Shown piece by piece: positions 8,383 through 17,377 of a stretch of DNA of 64,000 nt. A model generated the notes under the pieces. The model saw only the letters and a list, made by a program, of their open reading frames with translations. It was not told the DNA's origin and made no database searches. Position numbers and translations under genes: made by a program. Positions within the stretch are counted from its first letter, which is position 1. Each line of letters starts with the position of its first letter. This DNA comes from a virus (taxonomy: Duplodnaviria; Caudoviricetes), in IMG/VR virus record IMGVR_UViG_3300030376_007431, positions 21,625 through 85,624 of that record; one strand, written 5' to 3'.

Positions 8383-8955
8383 ATGACAACACAATACGCA
8401 AGACCTGATAGTGACATATCTGTTGACTCTTTTGGAGCGTATGGCTGGTTCGCAAGCACTGGCTCCGATCTGTATGCAATGATAGATGAAGAAGTTGCAG
8501 ACGATACCGACTATGCGAGATGCCGAGGAAGCAACGCTGAAAGTGGCTATAGATATTACAAGCTAGGTCTGAGCGACATTGACGAACCTAGTGACAAGTC
8601 TACTTTAAGTATTCGGGTAAGAGTTAGTAATGTAGATGACGCTGGGGATTTACGACTGTATCAAGGCTCTAGTCTGATTAAAAGGTTCAACGGTTCTGGC
8701 AATGGGTTTGGAACTGGCTCTAAAAGAAATCTTGACTTTGCAATTCCTGAAGCCGATGCAGAAAATATAACAGACTATACGGATTTGAATCTTTGGATTG
8801 GTATAGATAATGATTCGTATGGTACTGCTTACATCTATCAGGTGTACTTGGAAGCCGGTAGTGCCAGTGGTGGCTCAACTAGAAAGCAAAATTTGTCTAT
8901 TATATCTCCCTCTATGGGTATTCAGGGTTTAGGAAATGGTTTTACTTTAGCATAA
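8383..8955 (+). CDS. Hypothetical beta-sandwich protein, possibly virion-associated
   Basis: 190-aa ORF in operon context with beta-strand-like composition and no catalytic motif. Confidence 0.45.
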   Translation: MTTQYARPDSDISVDSFGAYGWFASTGSDLYAMIDEEVADDTDYARCRGSNAESGYRYYKLGLSDIDEPSDKSTLSIRVRVSNVDDAGDLRLYQGSSLIKRFNGSGNGFGTGSKRNLDFAIPEADAENITDYTDLNLWIGIDNDSYGTAYIYQVYLEAGSASGGSTRKQNLSIISPSMGIQGLGNGFTLA

Positions 8956-8968
8956 GGACACACGTAAT

Positions 8969-10183
8969 ATGAAGAGACGCAACTTTTTAGCTTCTGTAGC
9001 GAGCGTAATGTCGCTAGCAGAAACTGTCAAAGCGAATCAAGAAGAGTTGAAAAAAAATGGTAAATCCGCTATCCTGTTATGGATGGGCGGCGGCCCTTCA
9101 ACGATGGACATCTGGGACTTAAAATCCGGCGCTCCAACAGGAGGCCCTTTCAGGCCTATAGCTACTAGCGGAGATGTTCAGATTAGTGAGCATATGCCTT
9201 TAATGGCTAAACAAATGCATAACGCCGCCATTATTAGAAGTATGAGTACTCGTGAAGCTGACCATATGCGTGGTCGTTATTATATGCACACCGGCTACGT
9301 TCCTAATCCATCTATTGACCACCCAAGCTATGGGTCTGTCCTATCCCATCAACTCCGACGAAAAGATTTGTCGATCCCCCAATTCATCTCAGTGGGAGGA
9401 GGAAGTATGGGCGCAGGTTTTCTGGGAGCTAAATACAATCCGTTCATGGTAAATAGTGATGGTAGAATTAGAAATCTAGATATGAAAGTAGATGAAAGAT
9501 TTTATCAAAGAGCTTACGCTTTAGATGCAATTGAAAATAACTTTATAAACCAGAGAAGAGGATCATTAGCAAAAGAACATCAGGCGATCCTTAAAGAGAC
9601 ATTTAATGTTCTAACGAGCGCCCAAATGGATGCGCTTAAAGTAGCTGGTGAACCTGACAATATAAAAGAAAGATACGGAGACAATAACTTTGGTAAGGGG
9701 TGCTTGATGGCACGGCGTTTAGTCGAAGCAGGAGTACCATTTATTGAAGTTAATCTAGGTGGCTGGGATAATCACCAGAACATTTTCCCTACATTAAGAG
9801 ATACGAAACTGCCCATGTTAGATCAAGGCATGAGCGCGCTGTATGAAGATTTAGAGCAGCGTGGGTTATTACAAGACACAGCGATTATTTGGATGGGTGA
9901 GTTCAGTAGGACTCCTCGTATCAACGGTAATGCTGGTCGTGACCACTGGGCACGAAGCTGGAGTGTTGTCGTTGGCGGAGCCGGAATGAATGGCGGTATC
10001 GCTATTGGCGAAACAAACTCAGATGGTACTCGTGTGGAAACCGAACCATATACATCTCAGGATGTCATGGCTTCCGTTTGCAAAGCGCTTGGTATTTCTT
10101 TGGGTACTACGTTTACTAGCAACAGTGGTAGACCTATGAAAATCGCTAACTCTGGTAAGGTCATAACCGAACTGTTTGGTTAA
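8969..10183 (+). CDS. DUF1501 family protein 3 with Tat signal
   Basis: MKRRNFL Tat motif, WMGGGPSTMDIWD, DHMRG..MHTG, GGWDNH, GEFSRTP and GRDHW. Confidence 0.92.
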   Translation: MKRRNFLASVASVMSLAETVKANQEELKKNGKSAILLWMGGGPSTMDIWDLKSGAPTGGPFRPIATSGDVQISEHMPLMAKQMHNAAIIRSMSTREADHMRGRYYMHTGYVPNPSIDHPSYGSVLSHQLRRKDLSIPQFISVGGGSMGAGFLGAKYNPFMVNSDGRIRNLDMKVDERFYQRAYALDAIENNFINQRRGSLAKEHQAILKETFNVLTSAQMDALKVAGEPDNIKERYGDNNFGKGCLMARRLVEAGVPFIEVNLGGWDNHQNIFPTLRDTKLPMLDQGMSALYEDLEQRGLLQDTAIIWMGEFSRTPRINGNAGRDHWARSWSVVVGGAGMNGGIAIGETNSDGTRVETEPYTSQDVMASVCKALGISLGTTFTSNSGRPMKIANSGKVITELFG

Positions 10184-10484
10184 TCTTATGAAATTTTTTA
10201 GAAACGCAGTTTATGTGCTATTTTCTTTATCTTTACTGAATTTAGCGGGCTCTTTCTATATGTATAGACATATAATGAATAGGAGCAATATAATAGAGGT
10301 TAAAATTCCTATGTCGGAAGACCTCAAGGATCTACCTTTGCATACAAGACTCAGAGATTCACAGATTATGCAAGCGATCCTTATGACTCATCACCAACTC
10401 GGTATACATGAGCCCGGCTCTCAGCCGATGTGTCCAATGTGTCAAGATTCAGAAATTAAAACTATAACAGTAGAGAATAATTAA
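10176..10484 (+). CDS. Membrane-anchored protein with a His/Cys metal-binding motif
   Basis: N-terminal TM helix and C-terminal THHQLGIH..MCPMC. Confidence 0.55.
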   Translation: MVNLMKFFRNAVYVLFSLSLLNLAGSFYMYRHIMNRSNIIEVKIPMSEDLKDLPLHTRLRDSQIMQAILMTHHQLGIHEPGSQPMCPMCQDSEIKTITVENN

Positions 10485-11182
10485 TGGCAAGACAACCAAA
10501 GAAGAAGCCCGCAACTAGACAACGCCGTAAAATACTTCGACCAAAGACTAGAAATCAAGAAGACTATATGGGTCACATTCATAAGTCTGACGTGACATTC
10601 TGTTCAGGGCCAGCAGGCTCAGGAAAGACCAGCGTATCTGTAGGAATGGCCTGTGAATACTTGATCGAGAAAAAGGTAGATAAAATCATTATCACTAGAC
10701 CTGTCGTAGAATCCGGTAGAGGTTTAGGCCACCTTCCGGGAACACTAGTTGAAAAAATAAATCCGTATCTAATACCTATACTAGAAGAGATGAATCACTA
10801 TCTCACTAGAAATACCGTTGAGACTTACAGAAATAGAAATATTATTGAGTTATGTCCTTTGGAATATATGCGAGGTAGAAACTTTCATAATTGCTTTATG
10901 ATACTTGACGAGGCTCAGAATGCCACATTTGAGCAGATTAAAATGTTTATTACTAGAATTGGCAAGGATTCTAAAGCTGTAATAAATGGAGACTTAAGAC
11001 AGTCCGATCTAGGTAAACAACAAGGAGGTTTGCATACCTGTATGGAAAAATTAGTTGAGGTCTCCGGTGTAGGAGTCTGCGAACTTGACTATAGCGATAT
11101 TGTGCGAAGCGATATTGTCTCCAAGATTCTTATAAGACTAAACAAGAAAGAAGATGACGATGAACCAGTTAAATATTTTTAG
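10484..11182 (+). CDS. phoH: PhoH family ATPase
   Basis: SGPAGSGKT, ITRPVVE, GHLPG, YMRGRNF, ILDEAQN and GDLRQSD. Confidence 0.96.
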   Translation: MARQPKKKPATRQRRKILRPKTRNQEDYMGHIHKSDVTFCSGPAGSGKTSVSVGMACEYLIEKKVDKIIITRPVVESGRGLGHLPGTLVEKINPYLIPILEEMNHYLTRNTVETYRNRNIIELCPLEYMRGRNFHNCFMILDEAQNATFEQIKMFITRIGKDSKAVINGDLRQSDLGKQQGGLHTCMEKLVEVSGVGVCELDYSDIVRSDIVSKILIRLNKKEDDDEPVKYF

Positions 11183-11477
11183 AGGTGTATTCTTAGCAGC
11201 TATAGTAGTTATAGGGGTTAGATCCGAATATAATAATCAACAACTCAATCGAAGACTCGGCATCTTAGAAGAGGGTATTTTCTACAATCAGGCAGTGCAA
11301 AACGACACGTCTATGAAACTTGAAACATTCTTACAGGCCCTCTCTGATGAGCTACCTATAGAGGTTGAAGCTTACGCTACTGAGACCGCAAAGAAAGTAG
11401 CCAGAGAAACAACTATAAGTACATTGCAACAATTCTCTGAAAATTTGAAAAAAATAGATGTCAAACTCGATAAGTGA
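11154..11477 (+). CDS. Hypothetical membrane-anchored coiled-coil protein
   Basis: N-terminal hydrophobic segment followed by a helical, coiled-coil-like region. Confidence 0.55.
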   Translation: MTMNQLNIFRGVFLAAIVVIGVRSEYNNQQLNRRLGILEEGIFYNQAVQNDTSMKLETFLQALSDELPIEVEAYATETAKKVARETTISTLQQFSENLKKIDVKLDK

Positions 11478-11506
11478 TCCTATAATATCATAGACTATTT
11501 ATAGGA
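11478..11506 (+). promoter_or_regulatory. Inverted repeat TCCTATAA..TTATAGGA containing a TATAAT box and overlapping the RBS of the FmdB-like gene
   Basis: 8-bp arms at 11478-11485 and 11499-11506. TATAAT at 11481-11486. AGGAG RBS at 11503-11507. Confidence 0.45.
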
Positions 11507-11513
11507 GTTACAT

Positions 11514-11852
11514 ATGCCAACTTACGATTATGAATGTAGCCAATGCAGCTACTACGAAGAAGTGTTCCAGAAGTTTTCTGAAAAGCCTCTCGTAAGATGT
11601 CCTCAGTGTAAAAAGCATAAATTCAGAAGAGTTATTCTAAGTGCACCTCACATTTCAGTGAAGGGTGAGCCAGCTACAATACAGCACTTAGCAGATAGAA
11701 ATACCCAGAAAATGGGAAGATATGAGCTAGAATCTAAGATGCAGCAAGACAACATGGAGAAGGTCAAGAAAGACCGTGAGACTAATGTCTTGAGGAACAA
11801 AATTAATAAAATGACGCCAGCTCAGAAGAAAAAATATATAGAGAAAGGTTAA
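11514..11852 (+). CDS. FmdB family zinc-ribbon protein
   Basis: MPTYDYECSQC..CPQCK..RRVIL is the typical FmdB CxxC-CxxC pattern. Confidence 0.88.
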   Translation: MPTYDYECSQCSYYEEVFQKFSEKPLVRCPQCKKHKFRRVILSAPHISVKGEPATIQHLADRNTQKMGRYELESKMQQDNMEKVKKDRETNVLRNKINKMTPAQKKKYIEKG

Positions 11853-11854
11853 TA

Positions 11855-12079
11855 ATGCCTGAAGTTATAAGAGCAGAGCAGCCCCATAAGGCTAGGATTA
11901 GGTTTGCTATAGATGTATTCCCCATGAACCAAGATGGTTCATTGGCGCCGATTCCCGTCAACTCAGAAGAGCTAAGCAATTATGGTATAACCGACTTTGC
12001 GGAGATATTCATTGACGGAATTGATAGACATAATTGTATTAAAAATGTTATTTCTAAATTGGAGAGCTTAAATGGCTAG
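11855..12079 (+). CDS. Hypothetical protein
   Basis: ORF packed in the operon with no recognisable motif. Confidence 0.6.
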   Translation: MPEVIRAEQPHKARIRFAIDVFPMNQDGSLAPIPVNSEELSNYGITDFAEIFIDGIDRHNCIKNVISKLESLNG

Positions 12080-12407
12080 ATGGGAACATGAAGATGTTAG
12101 CAATCTAAATCTTCCAGAACCAGACAGCATAAGCCATACTTACTATGGTTCTGATGCATCTGAAACCCAAGAAGATTCGGCGTTTGCTAAATTGGCTAAC
12201 AACAAAGGTTTTAAAACATACTATGTTAAGTATGGAAGGGGCGACCTGCTTGACCCGTTAGGGGCAGATAAAGGTAAACATAACCGACCATATTTTACAT
12301 TTAGAAAAGTAGATGAGAAAGTTTTTGGATATTACATGCAATATCTTTCTACGTTGGATAGAATTTTTTTGACAAGAGCTCGCAGAGCATTAATGGAGAA
12401 TAGTTAA
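12072..12407 (+). CDS. Hypothetical phage protein
   Basis: ORF packed in the operon, preceded by a GGAG RBS. Confidence 0.65.
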   Translation: MARWEHEDVSNLNLPEPDSISHTYYGSDASETQEDSAFAKLANNKGFKTYYVKYGRGDLLDPLGADKGKHNRPYFTFRKVDEKVFGYYMQYLSTLDRIFLTRARRALMENS

Positions 12408-12746
12408 ATGACTAAAACAGGACCACTTTCTAAAGAAGAAAAGACTTACATCGAGGACAACAAAACGAAGAGCCCAGATTCTATCGCTAAAGATTTAGAT
12501 AGGTCTGAGAGTATTGTTAATAAGCACCTCACAAAAATCAAGCCTGAACAGGAAGATTCTGGACAGGCGGGAGAATGGTCTCCACCAAAGGCTGGCGATC
12601 AGTTTGCTCGCAATGAAAAATATGGATCTACGGCAATGACCGAAGGGGCATCTATGGCGGGAGATGAAAACAAGAAAAAGACTGTCAGAGCTATGCCAGA
12701 CAGAATGAAAGATTATATTTGTGAAATAAAGAGGGACGAAAAATGA
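12408..12746 (+). CDS. Hypothetical protein with a possible N-terminal HTH
   Basis: LSKEEKTYI..IAKDLDRSESIVNKHL looks HTH-like. Confidence 0.55.
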   Translation: MTKTGPLSKEEKTYIEDNKTKSPDSIAKDLDRSESIVNKHLTKIKPEQEDSGQAGEWSPPKAGDQFARNEKYGSTAMTEGASMAGDENKKKTVRAMPDRMKDYICEIKRDEK

Positions 12747-13252
12747 TATGTACTGTCAGAGATGACTATATCAGAAAGCTAATCATGGAGGACATTTCCA
12801 TGACTTGGAAATGCACACTAGACGATGATACTGTTGTCTGGGGTGATTATGAGAGGCCCGGACTAGCCCTAAGCCCTTGGGCTAGATTGCAGGAATATTG
12901 CGAAGAGTCTGGCAGGAATATAGTTAAGATTCAATCCATAGTGATTGGAGCGCCAGAAGAAGTGGTATATGAAGATGAAGACGGCCTTGATGGTGTGTTT
13001 ATTGCTAGAGGTTATTCAAAAGACATAGATATGACCACAGGAGATGGCCCTTCTTATCAGCACCTGACCTTTGGTCTATTGAATGAAAATTTAAAACAAG
13101 TTGACATTAAAAAATATAGCTGGCCTGAATGCGAATTTGTAGATTTTGTTCAGACTAGAAATATCACACAAGAAAATCTTTCTTTTATGATTTGGCGAAA
13201 TGGCGAAACAAAAAAGTCAAACGAGCAAATTCAAGTCACCCTCAACGGGTGA
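12743..13252 (+). CDS. Hypothetical phage protein
   Basis: ATGA overlap with the previous gene, 169 aa. Confidence 0.65.
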   Translation: MICTVRDDYIRKLIMEDISMTWKCTLDDDTVVWGDYERPGLALSPWARLQEYCEESGRNIVKIQSIVIGAPEEVVYEDEDGLDGVFIARGYSKDIDMTTGDGPSYQHLTFGLLNENLKQVDIKKYSWPECEFVDFVQTRNITQENLSFMIWRNGETKKSNEQIQVTLNG

Positions 13253-13652
13253 GTATTGTACTACAGCTCAATACATTGCAGAAATACTTATACAGCGCAA
13301 AGCAGAGTCCGAAAACAAGGGCTCTCTTGCGTATAAGTTTTGGAACAAAGCCCAAAAATCAGCTTATACAAGACAAGTACAGTCTGTTAGTAAGTTGATG
13401 TCTGAGTTTGGCGAGCGTGCAGTTTTTGATTATATAATAAACAAAAATAAAAAAGTTTACTCTGCAATGCCAAAATGGGTTAAAGAAGCAATCCAAAAGC
13501 ACGCATATTTTCTCAACAGAAAAAAAGAGGCTATAAAAGAGCCCAAGCAGATACGCAAGGAAAGCGTGAACTCTAAACCCAGAAAAACATACGGAAAGAA
13601 AACACTTTTTTCAAAATTAAGGAGCTCTAATGGCAAGAGTAAAGAAGAATGA
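13200..13652 (+). CDS. Hypothetical basic phage protein
   Basis: 150-aa ORF directly upstream of recA. Confidence 0.65.
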   Translation: MAKQKSQTSKFKSPSTGEYCTTAQYIAEILIQRKAESENKGSLAYKFWNKAQKSAYTRQVQSVSKLMSEFGERAVFDYIINKNKKVYSAMPKWVKEAIQKHAYFLNRKKEAIKEPKQIRKESVNSKPRKTYGKKTLFSKLRSSNGKSKEE

Positions 13653-14694
13653 TCCTGCGTTCGTTAAGGATATTATTAAGAAATACGGAAATGTTATATC
13701 TACCGGAAATCAGATATTAGAAAAGAGGAAGGATTACAAAGTTATAACCGTAAGCCCTTCTATAGACTTATCTCTTAGCGGAGGTATTAAGGAAGGATCT
13801 TGGGTTATCCTTACAGGAGACCCTAAATGCGGCAAGACCACAACCGCCTTACAGATAGCAGCGAACTGCCAGAAAGAGGGAAGGCCCATCATATATCTTG
13901 ATGCCGAAGGTAGACTCAAAGAAATGAACCTGCTTGGCGTTGATGGTCTCGACAAAGAAAAGATGCAGGTTATCCATTCTGAAGATGAGCCTTTGAGTGC
14001 AGAAACCTTTTTAGATATTGCGGTTAAATTAGTTAGCGCAAAAGAAAATGAAGGTTGTGTCTGTATTATCGACTCGACATCTGCTCTTATGCCAGCCAAA
14101 GAACTAGATGGAGATATGACTCCCGGACGGGCTGGACTACCAAAAATTTTGTCGGTGTTCTGTAAGAAGATGGGACAGATTGTGCCAAACCAGCGAGCAA
14201 CTATAATTATCATTACCCACTTCATCGCCAACACCTCTGGCTATGGAGCATCAAGGATGCCAGACTGTGGACGAAAGATTCAGTATCAAGCTGATACACG
14301 TATGGAAGTTAAATCAATTAGCCCTTGGGTTCAAGCTGACCGCCAAGTTGGACAGGCTGTTAATTGGAAGGTTGTTTGCTCATCTATGGGTTCGCCCGGA
14401 ACAGAGTGTCAAAGCTGGATCAAATATGGGCACGGCATAGATAAAATCCAAGAACTCATTATGCTCGGTCTAGACTTAGGTCTTATTGGCAAGGCTGGAG
14501 CTTGGTTCACATGCGAGTTTATGGTAGCCCATACAGACATTGTAAAAGAAATAAAACCAGAAATCAATATAGAAGACACTGAAGCCGTGCTTAAATCTGT
14601 TAAATTTCAAGGACAAGAAAAGCTATATAATTTCTTCTTGTCAAATGATAAAGTGGTTGACAAACTAGAGAAAGAAATTAGGTTAATGCTTTAA
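13630..14694 (+). CDS. recA: RecA/UvsX-like recombinase
   Basis: SPSIDLSLSGGI, Walker A GDPKCGKTT, YLDAEG and Walker B IIDSTSAL. Confidence 0.92.
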   Translation: MARVKKNDPAFVKDIIKKYGNVISTGNQILEKRKDYKVITVSPSIDLSLSGGIKEGSWVILTGDPKCGKTTTALQIAANCQKEGRPIIYLDAEGRLKEMNLLGVDGLDKEKMQVIHSEDEPLSAETFLDIAVKLVSAKENEGCVCIIDSTSALMPAKELDGDMTPGRAGLPKILSVFCKKMGQIVPNQRATIIIITHFIANTSGYGASRMPDCGRKIQYQADTRMEVKSISPWVQADRQVGQAVNWKVVCSSMGSPGTECQSWIKYGHGIDKIQELIMLGLDLGLIGKAGAWFTCEFMVAHTDIVKEIKPEINIEDTEAVLKSVKFQGQEKLYNFFLSNDKVVDKLEKEIRLML

Positions 14695-15659
14695 TGTATA
14701 TACAACAGCACTGTAATATTAATCAGCAAAATAAGATATACAGTCCTATAGATATTCTAGACGACAAGACAACTAGATGCTTCTTTGGTCTGCGTGGTGG
14801 GCATGTGGCTGGAGACGGCGATGTTTTTCGCACATGTCTTACGAGAGTCTTGGGTTTTAGCTTACGAGGCCTAGAGAACGCCTGTGAGGTAAACAATATT
14901 TCCTTTGCTGATCTTCCGAGAGAAAACTTGATAGTATTCTGCGATGATTTTTCAGCTCACTTTGATTACAGGGGATATAATAGAGCTTCTAAAAGTAGAA
15001 GAGGCACTAGACTAGAAAACCACTATTGGTTTGGTACTGATTTTGATAGATGGGCTCCTATTGACTTGGATTCGCTCTTCTCTCATTTTGGGAATATATT
15101 TATGACCAACCTAAAATCGCCAATAGTTTCTTCTTCTACAAATAAGCGCCTTTTCCCAATTCCTATTGGGCCATTTCCAGATAAAAGCTTTCACGATAAA
15201 TTAGTTTTTGGTGAGAGCAAACAGAATTTGGTGCTGTCAAGTTTTGATATTACGCACCATAGTAGAGAGTCTTTAAATGCAGTAATCAAAGAGCTCGATT
15301 ATGTCACACATTTTGCACCAGAAGCAATGCCTATAAGAGAAGAGTTCTATAGGATGTTATCCGAACATAGGTTTTGTATTTCTCCAGAAGGAAATGCGTG
15401 TGATACGTTTAGAACTTGGGAATCAATATTGTGCAACTGTATTCCGATAGTGCAGAGCAGCTTTTGTGTGGATATATTCTCCCGTATATGGCCAATGCTC
15501 AAAATGAATCCATATAAATTTGCTGAAAATCTTCCTGTGGAGATGTGCAAGTTTCTTCTTAAAAATCCTAACTACAAATATAAGGATGTAGAGCTTTTGA
15601 GACAAGAAAACATTGAGGGATTGTTAGAAAGGATAAAGTATGAATGTAGTAGGACTTGA
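14694..15659 (+). CDS. Exostosin/GT47-like glycosyltransferase (orphan copy outside the glycan cluster)
   Basis: C-terminal RFCISPEGNACDTFRTWESILCNCIPIV motif, as in exostosin-like GT-B proteins. Confidence 0.7.
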   Translation: MYIQQHCNINQQNKIYSPIDILDDKTTRCFFGLRGGHVAGDGDVFRTCLTRVLGFSLRGLENACEVNNISFADLPRENLIVFCDDFSAHFDYRGYNRASKSRRGTRLENHYWFGTDFDRWAPIDLDSLFSHFGNIFMTNLKSPIVSSSTNKRLFPIPIGPFPDKSFHDKLVFGESKQNLVLSSFDITHHSRESLNAVIKELDYVTHFAPEAMPIREEFYRMLSEHRFCISPEGNACDTFRTWESILCNCIPIVQSSFCVDIFSRIWPMLKMNPYKFAENLPVEMCKFLLKNPNYKYKDVELLRQENIEGLLERIKYECSRT

Positions 15660-16053
15660 TGGCAAGACTTGGATTTGGAATCCAACAAGAAGTCAGGCCT
15701 CAGTTGATGAAAAAAATAGGTCTTCTTTTCATAAAAAAGCCAAAACCCTCTTGAAAAAGGTTTACCCGTATGATAGAATTCTACAAGAAGTCACCCTTCC
15801 GGGAACAAAAACAGGATCAAGAAAGACACTTCTTTACGCAGACCTGTATATCCCCAATAGAGATTTGATAGTAGAGATTCATGGCCAACAGCATTATGAA
15901 TTTAACTCATTTTTTCACAAGGACAAAATGGCATTTTTCAAAGCCCAAGCTAGAGATAACGATAAGAAAGCTTGGTGTGAAATGAATGACATAACTCTTG
16001 TTGTGTTGTCATATAATGAATCTATAGAAGAATGGAGGAGCAAACTTGACTAA
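15640..16053 (+). CDS. PD-(D/E)XK endonuclease, DUF559/Vsr-like
   Basis: ILQEV..YADLYIP..IVEIHGQQHY..RDNDKKAWC. Confidence 0.75.
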   Translation: MNVVGLDGKTWIWNPTRSQASVDEKNRSSFHKKAKTLLKKVYPYDRILQEVTLPGTKTGSRKTLLYADLYIPNRDLIVEIHGQQHYEFNSFFHKDKMAFFKAQARDNDKKAWCEMNDITLVVLSYNESIEEWRSKLD

Positions 16054-16513
16054 CGAACAAAAACTTACAGAATTTTTGAAGAATGTAGATGATTGGATTG
16101 AAGATAGGCATGCGGAATTAGCCGATATAAATGAAGAGGTCGAGGGCATAATGCAGTTGACATCTGAGCAGGTGCAAGACTTAGACCCTCAGACAGCACT
16201 TTCTCATAGCTTTGTGCTTTTTGCCCATGCAGAATACATACAAACATTACATAATAAAGAGAGAACCGTTCTCGACTTCTGCTCCAATAGCATTTGGTTT
16301 ATTGTTGCAGACAAGATGGACAACTATGGCGGCCAGTACTCAAAATGGGAAGTTAGATATCACTCTGCTGTTAAAGAAAACCCTTTGGCGTCAGAGCTGT
16401 ATAGACTTAAATTATCTGCAGAAGCTAGATTAAACCGCCTGCAATCAAAGTCCGAAAATGTTAGAAGAATGGCGTCTGTTTTACAAGACATAGGCAAAAG
16501 AAGAGGATACTAA
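16046..16513 (+). CDS. Helical protein, possibly a UvsY-like recombination mediator
   Basis: All-helical, coiled-coil-like composition, similar in size to UvsY and close to recA. Family call is inference. Confidence 0.4.
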   Translation: MTNEQKLTEFLKNVDDWIEDRHAELADINEEVEGIMQLTSEQVQDLDPQTALSHSFVLFAHAEYIQTLHNKERTVLDFCSNSIWFIVADKMDNYGGQYSKWEVRYHSAVKENPLASELYRLKLSAEARLNRLQSKSENVRRMASVLQDIGKRRGY

Positions 16514-16953
16514 TGAGCATTATAGATACCGCAAAAAAGCTATTACAAAAAGCTATTGAGCTAAATGACGACGACTTGATTAGAATGGCTAATGCTCTAT
16601 TGGAAGATGAGGTTGATGCTATAGTCAAAGACGTTTCATTGCCAGAACCTGAACCACAAGTTGAGGTTTCAGATACTCGCATTGACACTTCTCAGTTTAC
16701 TGTAGAAAAAAGAGCTTCCAAGAAAAAGTCTCAAGCAGTAAATGAAGTATCTCGCGGAGAGAACCTTTTTGTTGACGACGGGACAGAGCATAGCGATATA
16801 GAAACTCCAGACTTTATCCCAACACAAAGGAGAGGCGCGTCTAGAGACGTAACGCAAACATGCGAGGAGTGTGGGAAAAAATTTAAAGTACCCAAGGTTC
16901 ACAGTAGAGAGTTTTTTGTGTGTGATACCTGCTTAAATAATAGGATTAGATAA
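16513..16953 (+). CDS. Hypothetical protein with a C-terminal zinc ribbon
   Basis: CEECGK..VCDTC. Confidence 0.65.
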   Translation: MSIIDTAKKLLQKAIELNDDDLIRMANALLEDEVDAIVKDVSLPEPEPQVEVSDTRIDTSQFTVEKRASKKKSQAVNEVSRGENLFVDDGTEHSDIETPDFIPTQRRGASRDVTQTCEECGKKFKVPKVHSREFFVCDTCLNNRIR

Positions 16954-16954
16954 T

Positions 16955-17377
16955 ATGATTAAAGTTAAGCTGTTAAGCGAAGAGGCTAAAGTGCCAACCA
17001 AATCACATAAGTCTGATGCTGGCTGGGATCTGTACGCTTCCGGCACATCGCAACCAGTTTATCCGCATAAAAGAAGACTGGTTTCTACAGATATATGTAT
17101 AGCTATTCCTGATGGCTATTGTGGGTTAATTTGGCCAAGATCTGGTTTATCGGTTAACAATGGAATTGATGTTCTTGCTGGGGTGATTGACTCCGGATAC
17201 AGGGGAGAAATAAAAGTGTGCCTGTTCAATACATCAGATACACTAGTACATATTCATCCGGGTGATAGAATCGCTCAATTAATTGTACAGAAAGTTGAAG
17301 ATATTAATTTTTTAGAGGTTGACAGTCTTGACGATAGTGATCGTGGAGATGGCGGCTTCGGAAGCACGGGGAAGTAA
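16955..17377 (+). CDS. dut: Trimeric dUTPase
   Basis: AGWDL, WPRSGL, GVIDSGYRGE, GDRIAQ and RGDGGFGSTG. Confidence 0.97.
   Translation: MIKVKLLSEEAKVPTKSHKSDAGWDLYASGTSQPVYPHKRRLVSTDICIAIPDGYCGLIWPRSGLSVNNGIDVLAGVIDSGYRGEIKVCLFNTSDTLVHIHPGDRIAQLIVQKVEDINFLEVDSLDDSDRGDGGFGSTGK

Noticed and set aside
4954-9945. 17-nt identical repeat AATGCTGGTCGTGACCA at 4954 and 9929
   Set aside because: It is explained by the conserved NAGRDH protein motif of the DUF1501 paralogs and is not a DNA element or DGR repeat.
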